Assembly (NCBI RefSeq): GCF_964355755.1
Contig: NC_092678.1
Location: 21,035,365-21,099,364, forward strand
Reading direction: 5' to 3'
Source of the DNA: Antedon mediterranea
Lineage: Eukaryota; Animalia; Echinodermata
DNA length: 64,000 nucleotides
This document shows, piece after piece, positions 52,730-64,000 of the stretch (position 1 is its first letter; each line of letters starts with the position of its first letter). A program made the translations under genes and the position numbers. Below the pieces are notes generated by a model. It made no database searches. It was given only the letters and a program-made list of their open reading frames with translations, and was not told where the DNA came from.

Positions 52730-53045
52730 ATGACGAAGGATCAAACTAAGAAAGGAAGCAAACCTCCGAAGCATTGGTCGCAAAACGTCCACGATTCTGC
52801 CATCTCCAGTTCCGCCAACGGCAATCCTCTGTTCCACATCAAAGGGGGCGCCGAGAACGGACAGTTCATTTACCTTGGAGATATAAAACACGAGAAACTA
52901 CTGATACGCAGCGGGAAATTACACTCGGACGAGATATTGTTGCAGGTTAACGGAAGCAAAGTCTGCGGGTGCACGTTATGGGATGTCGAGCCAATGCTGA
53001 AACAGCTCACGGATAAACCATTTTATTTGAAGACTGTGAAACCAG
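52730..53045 (+). CDS. MAGI: MAGI (membrane-associated guanylate kinase, inverted) first coding exon, PDZ0 domain
   Basis: KHWSQNVHD...IKGGAENGQFIYLG...SGKLHSDEILLQVNGSKVCG.TLWDV...LKTVKPG is typical of MAGI PDZ0. The CAG|GTAAG donor is phase 1, and an upstream acceptor ttcctttgcAG ends at 52683. The next coding exon was not found in the window. Confidence 0.9.
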
Positions 53046-53060
53046 GTAAGATTGTTATTA

Positions 53061-53190
53061 AGCCCTGTCTACACTATCAAACTAAATGTGCACAAATATG
53101 GTAGTGATATGCCCAAATATGGTAGTGATATGTCCAAATATGGTAGTGATATGAAATCATCATAACCATATATGGGCACATCATTTTTTA
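53061..53190. mobile_element. MITE C, right-truncated, 15 nt inside the MAGI intron
   Basis: TTA|AGCCCTGTCTACACTATCAAAC followed by CAAATATGGTAGTGATATG x3. Confidence 0.7.
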
Positions 53191-56100
53191 TCTCATCACA
53201 AGGTTTGGTTACATGGTTTAAATGATAAGCAATACCTTCCGTTATTGCCAAATATTGTTACAGTTTAGTATACTGTAGTGGTACTAATGTGTTTACAAAA
53301 ATGTTACCTCTCTTTGGTCGGTCAGCAGTGGACGAGTCCGTCCAGCAATCCGGCCATGATTTGCAGGCTGCAGACCACTATGCTTAGAACATCATAAATA
53401 AATCACATCCCTTCATTATTAAATTTTGAATTCATATTTTAAACTCTACATTTCAATTTTTCCTAATTTTGTATGTTCCATATTTTCATTGTAAATCTTG
53501 AAACTAATCTTTTATTCACATAGAATAATTAATTTTTGAATAACGAATGCTAGATCCTGATTTGTATAGGTTCAAAGTGTATTGTGTTCTAAAAATAGCA
53601 CATTTACAGCTGATAGCCTTACTGTGCATTTTGTGTTGATGTTTCCTGTTTGAAAATAATGATAACTGAAAAATGAAAGCTGCCTAAAAAATTTCTTTTA
53701 TTGTCACTTTATCATCAGGCCGGGTGCTTATAAAAACTAAGTTGTTGGTATTAATGGCTAAAATTGACCTAGAATGGCCAGTTCACATGTTGTCCAACTT
53801 TTAGCATTTACAGTAGCCTACAGTAGTACAGTGTAACGAGGGAAGAGTTAATTTAATTTAATTTTTAGTGTAATTTAACTCTTCCCTGGTGTAACTACTT
53901 CAAACTACTGTATTACTACAGTAAACAGGCTATTCCTGTAAACCTTGCATTAACTACTATCAGTACAGTACCCAGGCTAGTAAAATGAGCACACTACTGT
54001 ACAGTACCCATACTAAAGTAGTCCAACCTCACCTTACAGTAGGGCTTTCTCTTTTGTCACTGTATTCCCTTAGTCAGGCTTTTTGATAAATTATTAAAAA
54101 TGACTGTTTATGATTAATTTTAGGGCTATGTCTAGACAGGGGAACATGGTTAAATTGTGCGTAAAAAATAGTCTCCTTTTCTTTATCATTCCTACTACTA
54201 GTAAAAGGCTCCATCTTTTAAGCTGCTAAAGTCCGCTATGGTGCGATGATATCATAATTTGATTTAAAAAAAACGTGCATGAGCTTTTGTCGCTAATATG
54301 TAAAACGCTAATGAATTCTAATGCTTAATTATCCCATCTTAATAAACCAATAAAGACTGTACTTTATTGACTGTCAGTTTGGACATTTAAAGTGATAAAT
54401 AAAATCTTTTAATTCGAAATATTAAGATGTGTGGTCACAGAGTTCGCAGAGATATGCTAGACTGGTTGTGAAAATGTTTGTTTAATATCTCTAGGAACCT
54501 AAATGTATTTGATATAAGTAACTGTGTTAAATCATAAACTTCCAATGTTTAATATTAGGAAGAAGTGTTTATTTATAAATGGTTTAAAAACATTAAAAAA
54601 AACTAGCATAAAAAGAAACAAAGTACAAACAACCGAGGTATTAAAAAACAGCCGTATCCATGGAGTGGAGTAAATTTACAGTACATGTTCAGTAAATTTA
54701 AATGTTCTTTTAAATTAAAATGGAAAATGCTTTAAATTTAACTTCATGTGAAATATTTCCCCTTTGTAATAATTCTAATCTAACACAACCACAGAATGAT
54801 ACCATAATCATTAACTCTTCTTAAAATAAAAAGTAATTAACTGGAATTTTAAAAAGTAATTTTATTCTTTAATAGAAGAAATGAATACCTAATTATTTTG
54901 CCTAATATTATTGTCTTGTTCCAAGAAACTAGAGAATGATTTGAGGCAATGGCCTTTATTTTGTTAAAAAACATTTCCGAGTACGTGTACGCATTCCACT
55001 TTTTAAATTCTGCTGTATTTTGTATTTAAAACTAGTAATTAGTTTATTTAAAATTACAAAATGATCTTACTTATTGTAGACTTAATTGCCTATAGCTTTC
55101 TTGCCGTGTGGTAACCTTTGCATAAAGAAGAACAGAATACAACAAAATTTATGATTTACAGGTGTGTGTATTAGTATGCATTGAAATAGAACAGATGAAA
55201 ATATTACATACATACGTTCAGAAGAATGTCGGTTATGGTACACCATGAGGGCGCTCTTACTGTTAGAAAGTTGTTTTTTTTTGCAAGACAAACTGAAATC
55301 TCATTGTTTTGTAAATCCTTAACATTCCAAATTCATATTCAATGGCTCTTAGGATTTTTAAAGTCCAATTTACACATTAAGAATTTAAAGTATGCCTGAA
55401 AATGTAAAATAGATTTTATGTTATACTTCCAGCGTAAATTCAGCAGCCCAAACACGTCATCTATGATAACTGCGTAAATGTTAGTCTGTCGGGAATTATT
55501 GCTATTGATCCACCAGGTTAAGTCAACGATGTACAGTAGAGCCCGTCTTATTAATGAAACCAAATCTGGTGATGAAATTGCACTCATTAAGGAGTCTATG
55601 ATCAATACATTGACACGTGATACGAAGGTGTCTACGGAACCCACGGTTCGGCGCTTGATTGATTATTAGTTTGCTGACGTTTACTTTGAACTTAGCGACT
55701 TCACAGCTGTGTCGTTTTTAAAATGACATTTCCTACAAGTGAATTCCGTGTGTCACGCTTTCTCGATAATTAAAGCGTTTTATACAAAATGCTATGCACA
55801 AATTTATGCTACGAACTGTACTATCTATTAATACTATATAGTTAGTAGTACTGTACAGTACATGCAATGATCACTGAAATGGGTTAGGGTAGCAAAGATT
55901 TTCAAATTACAGTATATATTCCTCTTAAATTTTATTTGGTGGAACTTTCCTGTAAAAATAATAAGGGGCCACCCATATGAGTTTAAGCACTTTGTTGGTT
56001 TCAACGGTTTTACCACACTAGGGGTTGTATTTCATAAAAACAATGTGTTGAGGAAATGGTTCCAAAAAAATTTTTATGATTGTAGCCATCATTTTAAGTA

Positions 56101-56481
56101 AGATCTATCGTGCCTAGCTTACCTGGATAAACCGACAATATCCCTTTCTCTCCAAATGTAGAATACAATAGGAAAATAATAATTTACATTCTCCTATCAG
56201 ATGATGGTATTGTCCACAAACCGTGCTCTCAATCAAGATCTAATTCTACAAACATGTCTTATTCTACGACACTTGTTTTTCTAAATTCTTTAATTCTACT
56301 AAGTATTTCGTTATTTAAAACGGATGCGAATAACACTAAAAATGTATAAACTCGTTATTTGTATGAATTCCTCTACATTCCAACCCGTACTCTACATTCA
56401 TAGTAATTCTCTGAATTTCATTACATAGTATTTATGGCTTTGACATCATGCGTTCACCGTTAGTACAACCAATTAAACTAA

Positions 56482-56653
56482 AGCTCTGTCTACACTATCA
56501 AACTACACCTACAAAAAAGTTTGATCTTTCCCAAATAGGGTAGTGATATGCCAAAATATGGTAGTACTATAATATGACATCATCAAGTCCTTATGGGCAT
56601 ATCACATTTTTTTGTCACATAAATATTAACTGATAGTGCAGACAGACAGAGCG
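56482..56653. mobile_element. MITE family C copy
   Basis: TAA|AGCTCTGTCTACACTATCAAAC...TGATAGTGCAGACAG. Confidence 0.7.
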
Positions 56654-57092
56654 TTAGAGATACTATAATCATACCAAATAGTAAAATCATGATGAGTTTG
56701 ACTACAGTATGCTCTTGTTAGCCGGAAACACAGTAAGTAGAGTTGAAATCTTTGTTTACAACAATACTGATTAATGCAGCAGTCATGCTATATCATGTAC
56801 AGTAGTAGGTGCTACCATTATCTATGCAAGGGTGACTATTAAAGCAAGTTTGAGACTGAGTGTTTAAATGTTTGACACAAGACTTGATAGCAGATACTCG
56901 AACACTAGACCACCAATAAAGTTCAAGTCCAATAAGATATTGAACTTTCACCCTTAGCATAATATGATTACTGTATAAATTCGATTTGATACACAATTAA
57001 TTTGATACGCCCTCATCTTTTAAATCATCTTCAATAAGGGTAGAACTACGAAAAGTAAGAGGTTGGAGACATTTTTTCAGATTTTCAATTTC

Positions 57093-57384
57093 TATTCTAG
57101 TAAGTTGGAATGAATCTTGGTTAGAAACAACTTTAGGATCCTAAAAACTGTACTATGTTTGTTTAATACATAAGTCCTGTAATATTTGACTATTCTAGTA
57201 AGTTGGAATGAATCTTGGTTAGAAACAACTTTAGGATCCTAAAAACTGTACTATGTTTGTTTAATACATAAGTCCTGTAATATTTGACTATTCTAGTAAG
57301 TTGGAATGAATCTTGGTTAGAAACAACTTTAGGATCCTAAAAACTGTACTATGTTTGTTTAATACAAAGTCCTGTAATATTTGA
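57093..57384. repeat. 98-bp tandem repeat x3, near-identical
   Basis: Units start at 57093, 57191 and 57289 (TATTCTAGTAAGTTGGAATGAATC...). Confidence 0.92.
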
Positions 57385-57864
57385 AGGTATAAGACTAGAG
57401 TGAATCTTGTGTAAACCATCAAACATTAATTTAATTGAAAATTAATGATGTGAAACATTACAGATACGAAAATAAGTAACCTACAAAATGAAATTCAAAA
57501 CCTTTAAAGAAAAACAGAAATTGATTTTCATCTTCTTCTAATTTTTTACTGACATTTACGGCTTTCATAACCTTTCAATTATTTATTTGTTCATCAGTGC
57601 ATTATGATTTTCGACTTTGAACATTACTTCGCTTCAATCGGTTGCACCTTGAAATGCTTTTAAGCAAGTCTAAAAAATGTGATTTTATTTCACTTTGTGC
57701 AAATGAGTTAGTGAACTGCACTATTACTGTATATTTGAAAATGTAGATATTTTTATTGAATTGCCAAATTCAGTTAGAACTCCTGCTTTGGGACAGCCTT
57801 ATTACTGTAAATGAACACCTTTGTAATTAAATTAAACAAAGAAATGGCAATGTTTCCTTAATTT

Positions 57865-58616
57865 TTATGGGGACACTTTTTGTGAAACACACAAGTTTTA
57901 TCCAACACCTACTGTATTCAGGGACACATATGCAGTAGGGGACACACCTACATTACAGAAGGGGACACACCTACTTTACAGTAGAGGACACACACAGTAG
58001 GGGACACACCTACAGTATGGGACACACCTACAGTAGAGGACATACACACAGTAGGGGACACACCTACAGTAGGGGACAAACCTACAGTAGGGGACACACC
58101 TACAGTATGGGACACACCTACAGACAATAGGGGACACACCTACAGACAGTAGGGACACACACACAGAGGGGACACACCTACAGTAGGGGACACACCTACA
58201 GACATTAGGGGACACACCTACAGACAGTAGGGACACACACAGAGGGGACACGCCTACATTACAGTAGGGGACATGCCTACTTTACAGTAGGGGACACACA
58301 CAGTAGGGGACACACCTACAGTAGAGGACACACCTACAGTAGGGGACACACCTACAGTAGGGGACACACACACAGAGGGGACACACCTACAGTATGGGAC
58401 ACACCTACAGACAGTAGGGGACACACACAGAGGGGACACACACAGTAGAGGACATACCTACTGTACATTATGTGACACTTTCTGTGAAACACTTAGTTTA
58501 TCATAACTAATCTAGGCCAACCCCTATTCAGGGACAGTGCTCACTAAAGTATTAGATTTAAAAAAGACGCTTTCTTATGTCCTCAAGGTGTCCCTTTAAT
58601 AGAGGTTCTATACTGT
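57865..58616. repeat. ~18-bp minisatellite (CAGTAGGGGACACACCTA) embedded in a pogo/Tigger-like element end
   Basis: The array spans about 57920-58465 and the terminus reads GTGTCCCTTTAATAGAGGTTCTATACTG|TA. Related GGGACAC/CTATTAA fragments lie near 43060-43280, 59465-59540, 61685-61870 and 62295-62350. Confidence 0.75.
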
Positions 58617-59891
58617 ACTGTATAGTATTTAATACAGTGCAATATTTCTTCATACATTTTTTCTCCAATTTTTATCCTTGTGATCTTAATATTTTTTTTG
58701 CAAATACTGTATAATAATAAGAATAAAAGTATGATAGACAAATTTAGAAATGATCTTTAATAATTATTGGGTTTATTTAATTGCATATATTTTCAATACT
58801 GATCACTCTGTAGTACTAATAATAAACTAATGTAACCATACTATGTGCTGAACAAGAATTTAAAGTCATTTTCAGCCAGTCTAGTCTTTCTCAAAGGACT
58901 GCAATAATGCCGTTGGAAAATATCAAATTTCGCTTATGATTTACAATGTCCATAGACTCAGTTTGATGCTCTAGACCATCTGAACTACATTTTTTTATGA
59001 CATCATCAATAACTTCTTTGTTTTCCGTCTTGTCCTGTGGTGATGAATATTAAATTTGATAATTTAAATACTTCTTAAGGAGTTTTAACAACAAGACCTA
59101 TATAATGCATTTAGAACAGCCATGACTAATTTTTTAGGGCGAGACAAATTTTAGGCCAATGTTTGACTATTAAACAGTAGCTTTTCTTGTAGTGTAGGTA
59201 CAGTAGTGGAGCATAAACAATGCAGAACTATAGGGACAATTTTCATTCAGTTGGCCGTTTTCCGAGAGAGCAATGTAAAAACTCAGAACCAGCCATGAAC
59301 AAATCTATAATGTTATAATAGTTTTGGACACTCGGTACAATTAGTATACTATAGCATGCATACTGTATACAAATTACAATTTAGGAAACTGGAGGATAGC
59401 TGAATCTCTACAGTAGCTACAAAGGTGGTTAAACCAATTACGATTTTATTACAATATTTAATATAGAGAACCCCTCCTTTTGGACACCCATTCAGGTGCT
59501 ACCCCTTTCAGGTTCTACCCCTATTAAAAGAACACCTTTTTTTCTATGAAACAAAACAAGGGTAAATATGTTTTTCACTAAAGCCAAGGTGTTGTGGGAA
59601 CCCTACTTTAATTTTATACATCATATGGTCAAGGCTTACCAAAGAGTTATCTACAGTACGTACAGCAAAATATAATTAATGAGAAAAAAAATTATATTCC
59701 AGATGTAATTTAATATGAAAAAAATATGGTGGAATTATGATACCATTCTCGGGTAGGTACGCAGTGGGGAGTTATCCTGATAGATTAACTCTGGATTAAT
59801 GTTATGACGGAATCACGTGATTCAGATGGATTACTGGAATCGGAGCTTAATCCGTAGTTTACAGATCTATTAGCCTAATTCTGCTCCTTAA

Positions 59892-60041
59892 GTTACTATC
59901 AAATTTTATGTGACAAAATAATGTGATGTGCTCATATGGACATGATGATGTCATATCACTACCTATATTTGGGCATATCACCACCATATCTGGGCACATC
60001 ACACTTTTTATGTCAAACCAGTTTGATAGTGTAGACAGAGT
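59892..60041. mobile_element. MITE family C copy, left TIR eroded
   Basis: ACTATCAAA...GTTTGATAGTGTAGACAGAG. Confidence 0.7.
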
Positions 60042-60122
60042 TTTAGTACAATTTAAACAAACTTTTAAAATTTAGCATGCTTGATTTTGATCTTTCAGTC
60101 TTGAGTATCTTTCCTATCATAC

Positions 60123-60185
60123 AGTGGTATAATGGTAGGGCACTTTCATATAAAGCAAAGACAGGGTTTGAATCTCAGATTGGAC
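60123..60185 (+). pseudogene. Degenerate tRNA-derived sequence (SINE head or tRNA pseudogene)
   Basis: A-box-like TGGTATAATGG and B-box-like GGTTTGAATCT at tRNA-like spacing; the cloverleaf is not intact. Confidence 0.35.
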
Positions 60186-60978
60186 AAATTTGTTGTTAAA
60201 ATAGCATTAATTATTATTACATATTTATTTCAGTATTAATATTAATAACAGTTTAGATTGTTATATAATGATTTCAAATTTTGTTGTATCAGTAATTATA
60301 TTCTCATTAGCAATAGTATCGTGTCCTAGGCCTACATATTATACATATTTAGTTTGAATGTGTATTTAATGAGAGAATATTGTTACATGATCGAGGCACA
60401 TTATGTACTTTCCATTGGCCTGTTGTCAGGGTTATAGCCACAGCTGTTGCTGTACATGTTCAATTGCAATGTCAATCGCTTCCTTTCCTGGTGTTTAATT
60501 AACATTTTCAGTCCTCCGATGAGTTTACAACACCACTCAGTAATTCAATGCTGGCTGTATGTACAGTATGTATATTACTACCAGACAAAGATTTTTAGGA
60601 AGTATAAAGTAAAAATTAAAGTCTATCTACTGTATAATTGTCGAAATTTGTAAGCATTCGAAACATGCTGCTGGAACTAACACTAACAGAACATTCTCAA
60701 AACTAGTCAACTGTTTAAATTCAAGTTTTGGAAACGCACCTAATTTGTGTTACTGTGTAGCTACAGTACCTATCCTACAGTACAGTACAATTCGTCCATT
60801 GACGTATTGTATAGAGAGATTGGGATTTCTTGTCTAACCATTAATTAAACTTATAATAGTGTTGTTAAGGAGACTGGGTTACAGAATTCAGCAAATAAAT
60901 TCAGATTCGTTATCACAAAAAATTATAAATTGGATTTTCAAAGAAAATCATTGTTCATTTTGGAAATAAAAAATGTCA

Positions 60979-61027
60979 TCGGATACTGTAGGACTCGAAC
61001 CCACCACCACCAGATCATTATCCGGCC
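60979..61027 (-). pseudogene. tRNA 3'-half-like fragment
   Basis: On the minus strand there is an intact T-arm GTGGG-TTCGAGT-CCTAC preceded by the hairpin CCGGA-TAATGA-TCTGG. There is no D-arm or A-box. Confidence 0.4.
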
Positions 61028-63212
61028 ATTTAAAAGAAATATAAATATTAAAACAAAATCAGGGCATTTACTTTTTATTCCAACAACCCTGGGAACAGAT
61101 TCCCAAATGGGATGCTCTGGTAGCTTTACAAACACAAATTGGATAATGCATTGAGTGCAAACAACAATGAGAAATATAGAACAGAAGATCAAGGCCATGA
61201 TAAAAAGGTAAAAAGTTATGACATCATCAATGACAAACTAAACCTTTTAGTTCATGGAATGCTGCTCTATTAAAGCTGATAGCGTAATAGACAACAACAT
61301 AACTGTTGGTATACAAAGACACTATTGAGATTACAGTTATAATAAACAAAATACTCTAAATAGATCTTTTGAGAGCGGGAATCGTATTTGGCAGCAATTT
61401 AAATAATGAATGAATGAAGATTATTGCAGTTTAGATCTAGATTTCAATTAAGTATTAATGTAGGATTTATAATGGAATATTATGAGATTATACTCGGGGC
61501 TGGAGAAATCTACTTTTTTTATCCACTAGTTAGTATTTGTAAACCTTTGATAGTTAATGTTAATTACCAAAATGATCAAACCAACTACTGTAGCAAGCAA
61601 GGAAATGTTTAATAAATGAATATAAAATGTATATGTCCAACCGAAATTACTGTACCTTTGCTCTAGACATAATGTAATGAACAACCCTCTTTTGGACACC
61701 CCTCTTTTGGACACCCCTATTCAGGAGACAACTCTATTAAAGGGACAATGTTTTTAATGATACCGAATGGGCAATATAAGTTTTTTTACACTACAGGCCA
61801 CTGTTTCAGGGGTACCACTATTAAAGGGACGCCTGGTTGGGTACTGACCGTGTCCCCTTAATAGAGATTCTATTTGAACAATACAGCATATTCACAACAA
61901 GCAAAACATTTTTCAATATGAATGACAAATCTAGGGCCCTAATTTCTTTTAAATTCTGAATCTTGAAATATCTAGATTTCAATTATAAATTAAAATAAAG
62001 AATGAAATATGAAAAAGTCAGGATGAGGTAATGATAGAGAGTAACTACTAACAGTATGTATAAATATTAGACATGACAATATTGTTTTAGCCACATTGTG
62101 TCATAAAGTGTGATATCGAATATGATACTGATGACATCATAAAAGAATCAATATTGTCATTGTTATTGTTATTAATTGGTATTGAATTCTATTTACTATG
62201 AACTGTAGTGAACTCGGCTGAACTTTTAGAATCAAAATAAAAGAACAACTGTTTGTTATTTTGAAACTACTGTATGTTCGTGATTTGATAATACACAGAA
62301 ACTCCTATTGGAGGGACACCTTCAGAACCAAACAAAGTGTCCCCTATATAAGTATATTATTTCCTCTTGTGTCCACTTAATTCATTTCCACTCATCAGGA
62401 CGATCAAAGTATTGATCAAAATGTCGAGAAACTCAACAAGTCATTTCAGAACTATCGTGGTGTACCACAAGCTTTATATCAGAATTTATTTCAAAATTAA
62501 TATCAGGAAAAATGGTTCAATGTTGTGTATTGTATGTAAGTTGGTATTTTAAGCACTAGTGTTAACGCTTCCACGTTTGGCTATGATGTAACTAAGCCAC
62601 TGGCCGCGCTGTTTTTATCATTGAACCATTTAAGTTTTCTGAAAGTTCTGCAGTATTCAAAGAATCCCACACTGTGATCCAACAAGTCGCAGTTAAAATC
62701 CCATAAAGTGAGTTTACATATTTATTTGTGGTCAGTGAAGCATAGTGAGATACCATTTAGTTTATTTGTAGATTACAATACATTGTAAATAACTGTAGCC
62801 GGCTCACTCACCAAGTTTCTACATAGTTTACTATGGCTGAAAAAATGCGTATTTGGAAACTCGGACTGGGCATGCGCACACCCCAAAGCACGTCTAGGAA
62901 CTGAGAGTTTATGAAAACATTTGCTGATAAATATTGAAATGCATGTAGAGAGTATCATAATCAATCATGAGATGAGCAGCGTTTTTTGTAAGAAATATTT
63001 CTTGTTTACATGTCCTTTTCTACCTGTATGTGGAAATTGCATTGCGGTCAAAGTAACCTTACAGTCTGGCTTGTTCTACATTCAAATGCAAAACAATCAT
63101 TCCATATTCTCTGTCCAAGTTTCTATCTAAAACAACAATACTGTACCATAATGGAACAATTTGTTTTAGGTAAATGTAAATTTTTTGTGATCAATTGATG
63201 AATAATGAACTG

Positions 63213-64000
63213 CATACATTAGATGTGGATAATGCACACAACATACATTAGATGTGGATAATGCACGCAACATACATTAGATGTGGATAATGCACGCAAC
63301 ATACATTAGATGTGGATAATGCACCCAACATACATTAGATGTGGATAATGCACGCAACATACATTAGATGTGGATAATGCACGCAACATACATTAGATGT
63401 GGATAATGCACCCAACATACATTAGATGTGGATAATGCACCCAACATACATTAGATGTGGATAATACACGCAACATACATTAGATGTGGATAATGCACGC
63501 AACATACATTAGATGTGGATAATGCACCCAACATACATTAGATGTGGATAATGCACACAACATACATTAGATGTGGATAATGCACGCAGCATACATTAGA
63601 TGTGGATAATGCACGCAACATACATTAGATGTGGATAATGCACGCAACATACATTAGATGTGGATAATGCACGCAACATACATTAGATGTGGATAATGCA
63701 CGCAACATACATTAGATGTGGATAATGCACGCAACATACATTAGATGTGGATAATGCACGCAACATACATTAGATGTGGATAATGCACGCAAAATACATT
63801 AGATGTGGATAATGCACGCAACATACATTAGATGTGGATAATGCACGCAACATACATTAGATGTGGATAATGCACGCAACATACATTAGATGTGGATAAT
63901 GCACGCAACATACATTAGATGTGGATAATGCACGCAACATACATTAGATGTGGATAATGCACGCAAAATACATTAGATGTGGATAATGCACGCAAAATAC
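63213..64000. repeat. Highly homogeneous 29-bp minisatellite running off the window
   Basis: Unit CATACATTAGATGTGGATAATGCACGCAA, about 27 copies. Confidence 0.97.

Noticed and set aside
55434-55520. Possible second MAGI coding exon (also 62399-62530)
   Set aside because: The phase 1 continuation hits a stop almost at once, and there is no similarity to the expected L.KDLR..L..RFQKGS.DH.LQ..IRDNLY segment.
57948-58439. Cys-rich CRCVPY repeat ORFs resembling metallothionein or keratin-associated proteins
   Set aside because: They are translations of an 18-bp minisatellite.

Overview
AT-rich, intron-rich animal (invertebrate, plausibly deuterostome; the taxon cannot be proven from the window) genomic DNA, not a prokaryotic locus. 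Three spliced genes are supported. (1) A group II metabotropic glutamate receptor (GRM2/3-like) lies on the minus strand with two large coding exons at 11889-13230 and 4890-5953; I could not find the TM7/C-tail exon(s), which probably lie left of the window. (2) A complete 3-exon TEX264 ER-phagy receptor lies on the plus strand (44741-47366, 261 aa, LIR motif SSFEEL). (3) The first coding exon (PDZ0) of a MAGI scaffold lies on the plus strand (52730-53045). The rest is non-coding and dense with short non-autonomous DNA transposons (two PIF/Harbinger-like MITE groups, a TTAA Kolobok-like element, a hAT-like MITE, pogo-like fragments), LINE/SINE remnants and minisatellites. Nearly all other listed ORFs are spurious. 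Best leads: the GRM2/3-TEX264-MAGI linkage, which mirrors human 3p (TEX264 next to GRM2, MAGI1) and 7q21 (GRM3, MAGI2); a recurring polarised tandem 'stutter' of MITE left ends; a candidate 35-nt frameshifting cassette exon in the receptor; and a degenerate twister-ribozyme-like motif. I found no clear new multi-gene system.
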